A stretch of 64,000 nt of DNA from Nitrospirota bacterium. GTDB lineage: Bacteria > Nitrospirota > UBA9217. The position numbers and the translations under genes are program-made. This document shows positions 20,065 through 30,863 of the stretch, piece by piece. The DNA is taken from NCBI GenBank assembly GCA_963741205.1, contig CAVUHW010000026.1, positions 128,001 through 192,000 of the forward strand. The letters are read 5' to 3'. Positions within the stretch are counted from its first letter, which is position 1. Every line of letters begins with the position of its first letter. The notes beneath the pieces are model-generated. The model saw only the letters and a list, made by a program, of their open reading frames with translations, did not search any database and was not told the DNA's origin.

Positions 20065-20499
20065 TTAGTAACCCGTTCTCTTTTTCCCGACCGCTTCTTT
20101 TATGAACCGCACGATCTCAGCGGTCTCGGCGCCGGGTGTAAAGATCGCAGCGACCCCTTTTTTCCTGAGCGCCGCCTGGTCCTCGTCGGGGATGATGCCG
20201 CCGCCGATCAGGAGCGTGTCCCGTAAGCCCTTTTTCTTCATCAACGCCAGGATCGCGGGAAAAAGGACGGTATGAGCGCCGGAGAGCAGGCTTACGCCGA
20301 TCACGTCTACGTCCTCTTCGAGCGCCGCGGAGACGATCTCCTCCGGAGTCCGCCGGAGCCCGAGATAGATGACCTCCATGCCCGCGTCGCGCAGGGCCAT
20401 GGCAATGACCTTGAGCCCCCGGTCATGGCCGTCAAGCCCGGCTTTGGCAAGGAGGACCCGGATCTTTTTTTTAGAAAAGCGCCGGTTCTTTGTATTCAC
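20065..20499 (-). CDS. cobalamin-binding small subunit of acyl-CoA mutase
   Basis: [11 protein letters not shown] (DxHxxG), SLLSGAH, GGGIIP, FTPG. Confidence 0.93.
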   Translation of the reverse strand: MNTKNRRFSKKKIRVLLAKAGLDGHDRGLKVIAMALRDAGMEVIYLGLRRTPEEIVSAALEEDVDVIGVSLLSGAHTVLFPAILALMKKKGLRDTLLIGGGIIPDEDQAALRKKGVAAIFTPGAETAEIVRFIKEAVGKKRTGY

Positions 20500-22144
20500 C
20501 GAAGACCCCTTTCATCACGCCGCAGATCTCCCCCACCGTCGCGTATGCCTTGACCGCATCGATGATGAGCGGCATGAGGTTATCTTTGCCTGCCGCGGCT
20601 GCTTCGAGCCTGTTTAGTGAAGACGCCCACCGGCCCTTGTCCCGCTTCCGCCGGAGCGCCTGAAGCCGTTGTACCTGCTTTTTTTCAATCTCGGCCCCGA
20701 TCTTCAGGGTCTCGATCGGCCTCTCTTCTTCCGTAAATTCATTCACGCCGACCACGATCTTTTCCTTTTTCTCGATGGCCTGCTGATACCATTGCGCGCT
20801 CCGCGCGATCTCGCGCTGCGGGAACCCCTGTCCGATCGCCTCGACCATTCCCCCCAGGTCCGCGATCCGTTTGAAGTAGGCGTACACCTCATGCTCGATC
20901 TTGTCGGTCAGCGCCTCGATAAAGTAGGAGCCGCCCAAGGGATCGATGACATTGGCGACCCCGCTTTCATGGGCGATGATCTGCTGAGTCCGGAGCGCCA
21001 TGGTCACGGCCCGTTCCGTGGGAAGCGCGAGGGTTTCGTCCATGGAGTTGGTATGGAGCGACTGGGTGCCCCCGAGCACGGCCGCAAGGGCCTGAATGGT
21101 CGTCCGAATGATGTTGTTGTAGGGCTGCTGCGCGGTGAGGGAACAGCCCGCGGTCTGCGTATGAAACCGCATCTGGACCGATTGAGGGTCCTTCGGATGG
21201 TATCTCGCGGTTATCTCCCTCGCCCAGATCCTGCGCGCCGCGCGGAACTTTGCGATCTCCTCGAAAAAATCGTTGTGGGAATTGAAAAAGAACGACAGCC
21301 TGCCGGCGAACTCATCGATCTTCATGCCGGCCTTGACGCAGGCCTCAACATAGGTAAGACCGTCGGTGAGGGTAAAGGCGAGTTCCTGCACGGCGCTCGA
21401 GCCGGCCTCCCGGATGTGATAACCGCTGATGCTGATCGGATGCCATTTCGGGACTTTCCTGACGCAATACGCGATCGTGTCCGTGATGAGCCTTATCGAG
21501 GGTTTTGGAGGGTAGATCCACTCCTTCTGGGCGATGTATTCCTTCAGGATGTCGTTCTGGATCGTGCCGCCGAGCCTGGCCTGCGGGATCCCCTTCTTCT
21601 CCGCAAGAGCAAGATACATGGCAAAAAGGACCGCGGCCGGGGCGTTGATGGTCATCGAGGTCGTGATCCTGTCTAAGGGAATATCCTTGAAGAGGACCTC
21701 CATGTCCGCGAGGGAGTCGACGGCAACCCCGCATCTGCCGACCTCTCCTTTCGATAAGGGATGATCGGAATCATAACCCATCAAGGTCGGCAGATCGAAG
21801 GCCACGGAAAGGCCTGTTACTCCCTCTTTCAGAAGGTACTTGAACCTCCTGTTCGTCTCCTCCGCTGCGCCATAACCGGAAAATTCGCGTATGGTCCACA
21901 GACGACTCCGGTACATGGAGGGATAAATGCCCCTGGTGTAGGGGTACTCGCCGGGAAACCCGAGGTCCTTTGCATAATCCAGCCCCGCGATGTCGGCCGG
22001 CGAATACAGGGGCTCGTCGATCAAAAGATTGGACACCGTGGTAAAGGCAGGGAGCCTCTCGGGTAGCTTTTTCAGACTCGGCCTCAACACCTTTTGCGCC
22101 CATCGCTTCTTTTCGGCTTTGATCTTTTCCGCCTTGTTGTTCAT
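20471..22144 (-). CDS. B12-dependent acyl-CoA mutase large subunit, isobutyryl-CoA-mutase-like specificity residues
   Basis: [68 protein letters not shown]. Confidence 0.92.
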   Translation of the reverse strand: MNNKAEKIKAEKKRWAQKVLRPSLKKLPERLPAFTTVSNLLIDEPLYSPADIAGLDYAKDLGFPGEYPYTRGIYPSMYRSRLWTIREFSGYGAAEETNRRFKYLLKEGVTGLSVAFDLPTLMGYDSDHPLSKGEVGRCGVAVDSLADMEVLFKDIPLDRITTSMTINAPAAVLFAMYLALAEKKGIPQARLGGTIQNDILKEYIAQKEWIYPPKPSIRLITDTIAYCVRKVPKWHPISISGYHIREAGSSAVQELAFTLTDGLTYVEACVKAGMKIDEFAGRLSFFFNSHNDFFEEIAKFRAARRIWAREITARYHPKDPQSVQMRFHTQTAGCSLTAQQPYNNIIRTTIQALAAVLGGTQSLHTNSMDETLALPTERAVTMALRTQQIIAHESGVANVIDPLGGSYFIEALTDKIEHEVYAYFKRIADLGGMVEAIGQGFPQREIARSAQWYQQAIEKKEKIVVGVNEFTEEERPIETLKIGAEIEKKQVQRLQALRRKRDKGRWASSLNRLEAAAAGKDNLMPLIIDAVKAYATVGEICGVMKGVFGEYKEPALF

Positions 22145-22240
22145 GTTCCCATCCTCGAAAGCATTACCACGGCACAGACCTGATTTCCGAAAGAGAAGCC
22201 ATGAGCAGAAGGTTTACAACATTTCCGAGGGCTCCCGTGT

Positions 22241-22678
22241 TTATGCCGCAAGTTTTTCAAGCCTGGCGATCAGCTTGATTTCGACGCCGGCCAGGGCCAT
22301 TGACACAGGGCAATTTTTCTTGGCCAGTTCGGCCTTTTCTCTAAAGGTTTTCTCATCAATGCCCGGCGCCTTGCCTTCCGTATCGAGTTCTATGGTCGTG
22401 ATCTTGTAACCGTCTCCGTATTTGTCTACAGTCACCTTGGCCACGGTATGGATATGTTCGACCCGATATCCGGCCTGCCCGAGTATCACGGCGAGCGCCA
22501 TGCTGAAGCAGCCCGCGTGCGCTGCTCCGATCAGTTCCTCCGGGTTGGTGCCGTTCGCATGTTCGAAGCGGGAGCCGAAGGAATAATTCCCCTCAAAATA
22601 ACCGCTTCCGAGCTTTACTTTTCCCTTCCCTTTTTTAATATCCCCTTCCCACAGGGCTTCAGCTGTACGTACTATCAT
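22241..22678 (-). CDS. osmC: OsmC-family peroxiredoxin
   Basis: YSFGSRF, GTNPEELIGAAHAGCFSMAL, AKKNCPVS; GAGGAGG RBS. Confidence 0.9.
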   Translation of the reverse strand: MIVRTAEALWEGDIKKGKGKVKLGSGYFEGNYSFGSRFEHANGTNPEELIGAAHAGCFSMALAVILGQAGYRVEHIHTVAKVTVDKYGDGYKITTIELDTEGKAPGIDEKTFREKAELAKKNCPVSMALAGVEIKLIARLEKLAA

Positions 22679-22806
22679 AGGCACCTCCTCGCGGACCGGG
22701 GAAAACCATTCGTCCGCGCGTTCACATCCTTTTTTCCCTACTAATCCAATTGTATCACCAATATATTGACCAGACATCGTAAAAAATATTCGTGCTTCCC
22801 CCTCGG

Positions 22807-23874
22807 TCAAGTTCGCAAGGGGTTTATCCTCACGGTCCCCGCCTCCCCCTCCTGCCCCGTCACCCGGATATCACATTTGATGAACTCCTGCACAACCCTG
22901 ATGTTCGTGAGCAGGTGCCGGGTAATTCGGCTCGTCGTAAATTCCGACGCGCCCCCGGCCAGAGCGAGGTAGTGAACCACTTGGTCCGCCAGGTGAGGCT
23001 CGAGCGCGGCGCCGGTATCCAGGTAGTCGAAGAGCTTTTGACATGCCTCCTCAGCCACTTCCTCAGCTCTTTTACCGATGGCGCCGAGCGCGTCAAAGCC
23101 CGCCCGCACGTTCTCGAACTCGGCGAGCAGAAAGACGAGCGTGCCCTTGCCCGGAGAAGGCGCGCTTACCAGCTCGATCTCCGCGTCGATCCCTCTTTGC
23201 GAAAGGTTTTTAATTGCCCGGTCCCGCTGCCTGACAGCTATTTCATGCGGCAGGTTAGAAACAGCGGAGACCCCGCTCACGCGCAAAAGCCTCCCCCGAT
23301 CGGTCAAGACAAGCGGCAGCGCCTCCTTCTGCGGCCTGATGCGCGCCGTCACTTTTCCGCCCCCCGCGGGATACCAGCCCCAGGTCGAGAGGAGAACGTC
23401 GGCGCTCGCGCCGATCGCTGCGAGCGCCGGAATAAACACGAGTTGCAGATAATGCACGGTCGGACTCCAGGGCACATGCGTACCGCCTCTTACCGTTATT
23501 GTTGATGGAGCATTTGCGAAACAGAGCGGAGGAAGGATTGTCTGCAGGACAAGGGAGGCGCTCCCGGCGCTCCCCTTCTTCTCGGAAACGTCGAAGAAGT
23601 ACTCTTCGCCGACGACCGCGTTCGGGAAGAAACGGACGGCAGTTGACGAAAGGTTAGCGCCTTCTACCCTGGCCCGGCTCACGGCGGCCGCGGCATTGAC
23701 TGCCGTCAGATGCTGCGGCTGAAGTCCGGGCTTCTTGCGCGCAGTGCGGATGTTGACAATCTCCACGGGGACGCTCAGCGCGCAGGAAAGCGCCAGAGAA
23801 GTCCTGAGGATCTGTCCTCCGCCCTCGCCCAGGGAGCCGTCGATAAAGATTATTTTGTCGTTCGATGACGGCAT
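22807..23874 (-). CDS. rtcA: RNA 3'-terminal phosphate cyclase
   Basis: DGSLGEGGGQILRTSL, KPGLQPQH, GGTHVPWSP, GWYPAGGG, HLADQ, HLLTN. Confidence 0.95.
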   Translation of the reverse strand: MPSSNDKIIFIDGSLGEGGGQILRTSLALSCALSVPVEIVNIRTARKKPGLQPQHLTAVNAAAAVSRARVEGANLSSTAVRFFPNAVVGEEYFFDVSEKKGSAGSASLVLQTILPPLCFANAPSTITVRGGTHVPWSPTVHYLQLVFIPALAAIGASADVLLSTWGWYPAGGGKVTARIRPQKEALPLVLTDRGRLLRVSGVSAVSNLPHEIAVRQRDRAIKNLSQRGIDAEIELVSAPSPGKGTLVFLLAEFENVRAGFDALGAIGKRAEEVAEEACQKLFDYLDTGAALEPHLADQVVHYLALAGGASEFTTSRITRHLLTNIRVVQEFIKCDIRVTGQEGEAGTVRINPLRT

Positions 23875-24172
23875 GTCAGTACCTGATCACGATGCGTCAA
23901 TCAGAAAAAGTCACTTGGAAACGTGGAGACGCTGAGGCAAAGACATTGACCACCGTAGGGCTTACTCCGCGCATTCCGAAACTCTGCGGTGAGATCCGGC
24001 TTTTTACGAATTTATCAATGATGATTATACACGAATTTTAGAGAATGTTGCTTGCGAGAAAAATGCGGCGAGGAAGGACGTTCAGGCTTAACGCGGCGTC
24101 TGCCTTTTATTTATTTGACGAGTTGTGCTATACTGAAAACCTTGAGTGAACTTCACACCCAAAGGACAATCC

Positions 24173-24643
24173 ATGCCGAATACTCCCGTCATCCTGCGGT
24201 GCAGGATCTGTAGAACATTGAACCGCGTTCCGGCGGACAAACTGTCGGGTCGTCCGCTCTGCGGCCAGTGCAAGGCGCCGCTGGACTTCCCCCGTGCCCC
24301 GCTCAACGTGACAACGGCGAGCTATGATCAGCAGGTCAACGACTGGCCGGAGGTCGTGCTTGCCGAATTCTGGGCGAAGTGGTGCGGCTACTGCCGCGCG
24401 ATAGAGCCCTTTATCGACAATCTCGCAGCGAAGCGGGCGGGCAGGCTCAAGATCATCAGGGTGGACGTGGATTCCGAGCAGCCCCTCGCCCGGCGTTTCA
24501 CGATCAAGGCCACCCCCACCTTCATCCTTTACCGGAACGGCCGTCAGCTTGCCCGCATGGACGGCGCGCCCCAGCAGCAGAGCGAACTTGAACGCTGGAT
24601 CGACCAGACCCTGCGGCGAGGCAGCTCGTCATCAGACAGCTGA
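24173..24643 (+). CDS. thioredoxin with N-terminal zinc finger (TrxC-like)
   Basis: CRIC...CGQC zinc motif; FWAKWCGYC active site; cis-Pro ATPT. Confidence 0.85.
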   Translation: MPNTPVILRCRICRTLNRVPADKLSGRPLCGQCKAPLDFPRAPLNVTTASYDQQVNDWPEVVLAEFWAKWCGYCRAIEPFIDNLAAKRAGRLKIIRVDVDSEQPLARRFTIKATPTFILYRNGRQLARMDGAPQQQSELERWIDQTLRRGSSSSDS

Positions 24644-24735
24644 TCTTTATAGCGACACAGGATGGCAGGTAATCTGCTTCATGTCCCATCGATTTTTCAG
24701 GTGACTACGCGGAAGCGGGAGAGAATAACATCGCA

Positions 24736-25390
24736 TCATTGGGGGAAATGAGGAAGGTGCTTGAGCCCGGCGATCTCCGCCATCCTGCGCTCGGCCTCGT
24801 GCGTCCTGCCCTGCCGCAGCAGCTCAATTGCGTCGGAATCCACGATCTCCTGAAAGATCCTTCTCCGGTCGTTTTCCTCAGGGACCTCTTCCCGTACGCG
24901 CGCGCGGATCGCGGATAATTTCTTGAGGAAGACTTCATATTCCGGACCATAGCTGCTGTTCAAGTTCGAGCCGGATCTTTTTCGAAAGAGCGGGGCTCGC
25001 GCCGCCCGTGGACACGGCGATCAGCAGTTCGCCCCGTTCCACCATGGACGGGACGATAAAGGTGCTTTCTTCCGGAGGAGCGGCCACGTTCACGAGGATA
25101 TGCATCTTTTTGCACGACCGGGCCGCGCGAGTGTTCACATCGAGTGAGTCCGTTGCCGCGATCACGAGAAACAAGCCGGAAAGGTCTTGTTCATCGAAGT
25201 TTTTTTGACGGTGGGTGATTTTCCCGGATAGGGACAGGTCCTGCAGCTTGGGAGTAAGCGCGGGGCTTACAACGGTCACGTTCGCCCCCGCTTCGAGCAG
25301 GGAGAGCGCCTTGCGCTCCGCCACGACCCCGCCGCCGATGACCAGGCAGGAGCGGTCGCGCAGATCAAGGTAGACGGGGTAGAATTTCAT
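24736..25390 (-). CDS. precorrin-2 dehydrogenase / sirohydrochlorin ferrochelatase (SirC, CysG N-terminal-like); frameshift near 24950
   Basis: YPVYLDL, CLVIGGGVVAERK, LVIAATD, FIVPS, AVSTGGASPALS. Confidence 0.88.
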
Positions 25391-26117
25391 GGCGACTGGC
25401 AGTTTTTGGATGTGCGCGAGCGCTGTTTTTTTCATGGCCGGATATTTCTGCGCCAGTGTCTCAAACTTGGACCGGGCATCGTCCCTCTCTCCCAGCTCCG
25501 AATACGACAGGCCTGCATAGTAAAGCGCATCTTTCTCGGCAGTGGACCCCGGGTATTCTTTGAGAAGCTTTTCACACCGGTTCGCTGCGGCTTTGTACGA
25601 GTCCTTCTTGTAATAGAAGCGCGCTACATACAGTTCATAATCGGCGAGCCAGTCCTGGCAGATGGCAATGTACTTTTTGGCCTGATCCTCATACCCGCTC
25701 TTCGGGTACTTCTCGATCAGCTTGCGCATCTCTTTCACCACGGCATGGGCCGGCGTGGGATCGCGATCCACGGTCGTGAGGTCGTTGTAGTTGCACATGG
25801 CTATCTGGTACTGGGCATAGGCTGCGTCCTTGTGCACAGGGTGGAAGTTGAGGAAAGCCTGGTACTCCACCAGTGCCTCGCTGTACTTCTCCTCGCCGTA
25901 GTAGGTATCGGCGACACGGAGCATCAGCGCCGCATCGTAACTCTTGTCCGGCGACTTTTCCTGGATTTCCTGGTAGCCTTTGCGCGCCTTCTCGAAATTC
26001 GCCTGGTGCATGTTGTCTTCGGCCGTCTCTGAACACCGCTACGGCGTCAAAGGGCGGCTCTTTCGCGGCGCACCCGGCAAGCAGGAGCAGAAACAATATG
26101 GATAAAATTTTTTTCAT
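25387..26117 (-). CDS. bamD: outer-membrane assembly lipoprotein BamD; frameshifts near 26020 and probably near 25400
   Basis: lipobox LLAGC; TPR-like ADTYY..Y.EA..EYQAFLNFHP, DRDPT, YELYVARFYYKK..YKAA.NR. Confidence 0.88.
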
Positions 26118-26228
26118 GAACTGAAAAAATCCTGCGAACGAGCGCCAAGCAACGAATCCTGAACGTTCCGAAATTTTGAATTTGGATATTACGCGGGATT
26201 TGTTTTTAGGCTTTGGAATTTCAAAGTA

Positions 26229-26315
26229 TGGTGCCGGAGGGGGGACTCGAACCCCCACGGGATTGCTCCCACTGCGCCCTGAACGCAGCGCGTCTACCAG
26301 TTCCACCACTTCGGC
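26229..26315 (-). tRNA. tRNA-Leu(CAG)
   Basis: GCCGAAGTGGTGGAACTGGTAGACGCGCTGCGTTCAGGGCGCAGTGGGAGCAATCCCGTGGGGGTTCGAGTCCCCCCTCCGGCACCA; long variable arm, CAG anticodon, encoded CCA. Confidence 0.96.
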
Positions 26316-26394
26316 ACGAGTGAGTAATATAAAGAGAAAGGCCGCGATTGTCAAGGAAGTTTTTGCTGCCGGAGGATCCGCTGCACGAGAATTT

Positions 26395-26844
26395 TCACTG
26401 CACTTCCCGCGAGTCGAGAAGGATCGTTACCGGGCCGTCGTTCACAAGCGACACAGCCATTGTTGCCGCGAACACGCCGGTCTGAACGGGGATGCCGGTG
26501 TCTTTAAGACGTGAGACGAAGGATTCGTACATTGTCTTCGCCTGATCCGGCGCTTCGGCAGTGTCGAAGGAGGGGCGATTGCCTTTGCGCGTGCTGGCGG
26601 CGAGCGTGAATTGAGAAACCACAAGGACTTCCCCGCGGACATCTCGTACGGAGAGGTTCATCCTGCCCGCGTCGTCCTCGAAGATCCGGAGCATCGACAC
26701 CTTTTTTACGAGATAGTCGAGATCCTGCTCCGTATCTCCTTTCACCGCGCAGAGGAAGACGAGCAGACCCCTGCCGATACTGCCGACCACCTTGCCGTCC
26801 ACCTCGACCTGCGCGGTCGATACCCTTTGGAGCAGAGCCTTCAT
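26395..26844 (-). CDS. dtd: D-aminoacyl-tRNA deacylase
   Basis: MKALLQRV, LRIFED, VSQFTL, KGNRPSF, GVFAATM, VNDGPVT. Confidence 0.95.
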   Translation of the reverse strand: MKALLQRVSTAQVEVDGKVVGSIGRGLLVFLCAVKGDTEQDLDYLVKKVSMLRIFEDDAGRMNLSVRDVRGEVLVVSQFTLAASTRKGNRPSFDTAEAPDQAKTMYESFVSRLKDTGIPVQTGVFAATMAVSLVNDGPVTILLDSREVQ

Positions 26845-27047
26845 AGGCACCATTCTTATCATATTTATCGCGAAGCTGTCAATGCATGCCGCATAATCCG
26901 CTTGCAATGTCCTGCGGCAGGGATTAAAATCAAGAACTCTTTTTGGACGCAGATGAACGCGGAAAGGGCGGAGTCCTCCATGCTGAATTCTTATCCGCGT
27001 TCATCAACGCATCATGCTCGGACGATTGCGGGAATGACGTAAATGTT

Positions 27048-28100
27048 ATGCATAACGAATCATCCGATAATCTCATCGACCTCAAAGGCCTCACGCCCCG
27101 GGAGATCGACCGTTTCTGCGTCGAGCAACTGGGCCAGAAGTCCGGCCAGGGGATCCGCGTGGCCGTGTGGCTCTACCGGAAAAGAGCTGAAGATTTCGAG
27201 GCCATGCTTGATCTGAACCGGCCGTTCCGCGAGCAGTTGAAGCGGCACAGCAGGATCTCCCGGCTCGAGGTCGAGCAGCGCAGCATGTCGGAAGACGGGA
27301 CCGAAAAGGTTTTATACCGGCTCGACGACGGTAATACGGTTGAAGGGGTGATCATCCCAGGCCCGGGAGGAAGGCTTACGCTCTGCGTATCGTCGCAGGT
27401 AGGCTGCGCCTCGGGCTGCGGCTTCTGTCTTACGGGTTCTGGCGGTCTCGTGAGAAACCTGTCCGTAGCGGAAATCGTGAACCAGGTCTTCGCGGCAGGC
27501 AGGGCGGCGCGGGGGCGGATCACCAACATCGTACTCATGGGCACCGGTGAGCCGCTCGGCAATTACGGCCCGGTCAAGACCTTCGTGGAAATTGCAACGG
27601 ACAGGAACGGGATGGAATTCTCTCCGCGGAAGGTGACACTCTCGACCTGCGGACTTGCGCCGATGATCGAAAGACTTTCGGACGACGGAGTGGACGTGAG
27701 CCTCGCCGTGTCGTTGAACGCGACGACGGACGACGTGCGGGACAGGATCATGCCCGTGAACAAGGCCTATCCGATTGCCCGGCTCATGCAGGCATTGCGG
27801 TATTACTGCGGCAAAACAGGCAGGACCGTCACGATCGAATACGTGCTTTTCAGGGATGTCAATGATTCCCTCGACGATGCCCGGAGGCTGACGGAACTGC
27901 TTAAAGACCTTCCGTGCATGATCAATATCCTTCTCTTCAACCCCTTCCCCGGCTGCTCCTTCGAGCGCCCGGATGAGGATCGGGCATTCATCATACGGGA
28001 CATGCTCGTGCAGAGCGGCTACGTAACCGTGGTCCGAAACAGCCGCGGCCGCGACATCCACGCCGCCTGCGGCCAGCTAAGGGCAAGTTCAAGCGGATAA
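27048..28100 (+). CDS. rlmN: radical-SAM RNA methyltransferase RlmN
   Basis: TLCVSSQVGCASGCGFC, MGTGEP, SLAVSLNA, IEYVL..VND, RGRDIHAACGQL. Confidence 0.9.
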   Translation: MHNESSDNLIDLKGLTPREIDRFCVEQLGQKSGQGIRVAVWLYRKRAEDFEAMLDLNRPFREQLKRHSRISRLEVEQRSMSEDGTEKVLYRLDDGNTVEGVIIPGPGGRLTLCVSSQVGCASGCGFCLTGSGGLVRNLSVAEIVNQVFAAGRAARGRITNIVLMGTGEPLGNYGPVKTFVEIATDRNGMEFSPRKVTLSTCGLAPMIERLSDDGVDVSLAVSLNATTDDVRDRIMPVNKAYPIARLMQALRYYCGKTGRTVTIEYVLFRDVNDSLDDARRLTELLKDLPCMINILLFNPFPGCSFERPDEDRAFIIRDMLVQSGYVTVVRNSRGRDIHAACGQLRASSSG

Positions 28101-28112
28101 GCGACACTTTTT

Positions 28113-28196
28113 TGTCATCCCGGCGTAAAGCGGGAATCCAATATTTGAAACTCATCGCACGAAAACCAGTGGATACCTGCTTCCGCAGGTATGACA
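28113..28196. repeat. palindromic repeat doublet between convergent rlmN and rluD
   Basis: tgtcatcccggcgtaaagcgggaatcca ... tggatacctgcttccgcaggtatgaca. Confidence 0.85.
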
Positions 28197-28203
28197 AGCA
28201 AAG

Positions 28204-29158
28204 CTATCCAACTTCTGATTTTTTCCTCGTCTTTCGCAGCATCTCGATCATCTCCGTCATGTCTTCAGGCGGCGGGGCCGTGAAGGTCATGGGGTGCCCC
28301 GTTTCAGGATGAAGCAGCGAGAGTGATTCAGCGTGCAGCATCTGGCGTTCCGCGAACTTCGCCGCTTTGCTTCCGCCGTAGACGCGGTCGCCCAATACCG
28401 GATGGCCGATGTGGGCCATGTGCACGCGTATCTGGTGCGTCCTTCCCGTCTTGATCTCCACCTCTACGAGCGTGGCGTCCTTGTACCGTTCCTTGACGAC
28501 GTACATCGTGATCGCCTCACGCGCGCTGTGCGTATGGACGCTTATCTTTTTCCGCTCCTTTACGTGCCTGCCGAGGCCGACCTCGACGCTGCCCGACCCT
28601 TTCTTGATCACGCCCGCGACGAGCGCCAGGTACCGTTTCTTGACGACGCGGTTCTTGAACTGTCCCGCCAAGGACCGGAGCGCCTCCAGGGTCCGCGCGA
28701 CCACCATTACCCCGGAGGTGTCCTTGTCGAGCCGGTGTACGATGCCCGCGCGCTCCCGCTCGCTCCCCTCCGGTCCCGCGCCCGACGACGGCAGGCTGCC
28801 GTAGTGATACAAAAGAGCGTTCACGAGGGTTCCGGTGTAGTTGCCCGGGGCAGGATGCACCACGAGGCCGGGGGGTTTGTTCAGCACGATAAAATGGGGG
28901 TCCTCATAGATGACGGAGAGCGCGATGGGCTCGGGCAGGACATCGCGAACAGGTCTTTCCGGCAGGTCCAGCGTGACGTTTTCTCCGAGCTTCACCTTGT
29001 AGCCCGGCTTCTCGGTCTTTCCGTCGACAAGGGCATGGCCGTCCCTGATCATTGTTTGGATGCGGCTGCGGGATATGTGGGGTTCGTAGTGGGCAATGAA
29101 GATATCGAGGCGCTTGCCGATATGCTTTTGGGTGACGATGTGGGTTGTGTTAGGTCAT
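28204..29158 (-). CDS. rluD: RluA-family pseudouridine synthase with S4 domain (RluD-like); indel just after the start
   Basis: KRLDIFI..SRSRIQ S4 domain in frame upstream of the ORF; NKPPGLVVHP, GIVHRLDKDTSG, TGRTHQIRVH, QMLHA. Confidence 0.9.
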
Positions 29159-29252
29159 GAAGATATCACTCGAATCAGAGATCAAAACGAATTAGGCCCT
29201 TGACGCTGGGCACTTGGACTTGCAACGTTGCTTCAACTTCTCAATTTTCATT

Positions 29253-30044
29253 TCACTCCGTCTTCCCGAGTCTCCAGAGCATGACTCCCGACAGCCCAAA
29301 CATCCCGATCGCGATGATCTGCGAGGTCGAGATCGCTCCGCCGAAGTATAGGCCCCGGATCGCGTCGCCGCGGAAGAACTCGATGATGAACCGGAGGACG
29401 GCATAGAAGAGGATGTAGGCCCAGAAGAGCTGGCCGTTGAATTTCTTCGAGCGGCGGAGCAGAAGGAGCGTCAAGAAGATGAGAAGGTTGCCTCCCGACT
29501 CCATGAGCTGCGTGGGGAAGAGCGGCACCCCCGGGGGGGCCAGCGTATGGGGGTCGTTGAAGGTGATGCCGATGGGTAAGCTGCAGGTCGCGCCGTAACA
29601 GCACCCCGCGAAGAAACAGCCGAGCCTTCCGAAAGCCTGGCCGAGGGCTATGGACGGCGCCATGATGTCCGCCGTCTTCCAGACCGGGAGGCGGTGCCGC
29701 TTCACGTACCAGATGCCGACCGGCACGGCCGCGAGAAGACCGCCGTAGAACACGAGGCCGCCCTTCCAGAGCGCGAAGGCCTCCCAGGGCCTGTCGGCAA
29801 ATTCATGCAGATTGGTAAGCACGAAAAGGATCCGCGACCCCACGATCGCCGTGAGGAGCATGTACACGCCGAGGTCCGTGACACGCTCGGGGCTCACGCC
29901 TTCCTTTTTCGCCTGCCGGGCGGCGAGGGTGACTCCGATGATGAACCCCAGGCCGATCATCAGGCCGTAGAGCCTGATCGGGATGGGACCGATGGTCTGG
30001 CCGAATATTATGATGCGGGGGATCTCGAATAAGATAGGATGCAT
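29253..30044 (-). CDS. lgt: prolipoprotein diacylglyceryl transferase
   Basis: MHPILF, YGLM, WKGGLVFYGG, GRLGCFFAGCCYG, PTQLMES, RFIIEFFRGD. Confidence 0.95.
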   Translation of the reverse strand: MHPILFEIPRIIIFGQTIGPIPIRLYGLMIGLGFIIGVTLAARQAKKEGVSPERVTDLGVYMLLTAIVGSRILFVLTNLHEFADRPWEAFALWKGGLVFYGGLLAAVPVGIWYVKRHRLPVWKTADIMAPSIALGQAFGRLGCFFAGCCYGATCSLPIGITFNDPHTLAPPGVPLFPTQLMESGGNLLIFLTLLLLRRSKKFNGQLFWAYILFYAVLRFIIEFFRGDAIRGLYFGGAISTSQIIAIGMFGLSGVMLWRLGKTE

Positions 30045-30080
30045 ACGAATAAATTCCAAAGACCACAGCGGCCCTTTTTT

Positions 30081-30195
30081 TGTCATTCCCGCCCCTGCTC
30101 ACGTCATGCTGGGGCAGGCTCCAGCGGGAATCCATTTCAGAGATTCTGGGATTAGCTGAAAAAAGCCGATGGATACCCGCTTTCGCGGGTATGAC
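30081..30195. repeat. palindromic repeat doublet with a nested hairpin insert in the left arm
   Basis: tgtcattcccgc[ccctgctcacgtcatgctggggcaggctcca]gcgggaatcca ... tggatacccgctttcgcgggtatgac. Confidence 0.8.
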
Positions 30196-30242
30196 GGCTA
30201 AGGGCGAAAGTGCTTTCAGTTTGCTAGTTTGGGATTTGGTGC

Positions 30243-30711
30243 TTATTCCAAAAAGCATATCTATCACCAGCAGCACAACACCGGCCGTGATCGCCGAATC
30301 GGCCACGTTGAAGGACGGCCAGTACCAGGACTTCACATACCACTGGATAAAATCCACGACCTCGCCGTAACGCACACGGTCCAAGAGATTTCCGACAGCG
30401 CCCCCCGCGATGAGCGAGAACGATACGACGAGCAGTCGGTCACTGGCCTTTCTGATCAGCATCGCGAGGACGGCCACGGCCGCGACCGACACGGAGATGA
30501 AGAACAGGCTGCGAAACCCGTCCGGCGCGGTGGACAGCAGACTGAACGCCGCCCCCTTGTTCCTCACGCGGGTCAAGTTAAAGAAACCATGAATGACGGG
30601 GACGACCTCGTACATGCGCAGATGTTTTTCAACGAGGTGTTTCGTGAACTGGTCGAGGGCCAAAATTGTTCCGATGATCGAGCCGACCCAGAGGTATTTA
30701 TGTTTCAACAA
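30243..30711 (-). CDS. lspA: lipoprotein signal peptidase II; 3' end approximate because the stop appears lost to an indel
   Basis: LDQFTK, NKGAAFS, GGAVGNLLDR, VVDFI, WPSFNVADSAI. Confidence 0.93.
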
Positions 30712-30863
30712 TGACTCCTTTGTTTCAGAATGAAGCTAATCGATACCGAGCTCGATCGTCCCGGAGAGCTGATATCGGGACTCATCGCAACGTTGTAAAC
30801 ATGCCGATTCTCTCGAGCGTTGCCGGAATGACGCGAGTTCTTATTCCGCATTCCGCACTTCGC

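Noticed and set aside
24935-26011. Apparent BamD-SirC fusion protein
   Set aside because: A periplasmic lipoprotein fused to a cytoplasmic enzyme is implausible; deleting one C near 25400 gives ...QKLQSP-TGA overlapping the SirC ATG (ATGA coupling)
26229-26315. tRNA-Leu as an integration site, and an A5:C68 acceptor-stem mismatch
   Set aside because: No integrase or duplicated tRNA 3' end was seen and housekeeping genes flank it; one mismatch cannot be told from a sequencing error
29803-30243. Long C-terminal extension of LspA
   Set aside because: It is read-through into repeat DNA and out-of-frame lgt sequence after a lost stop
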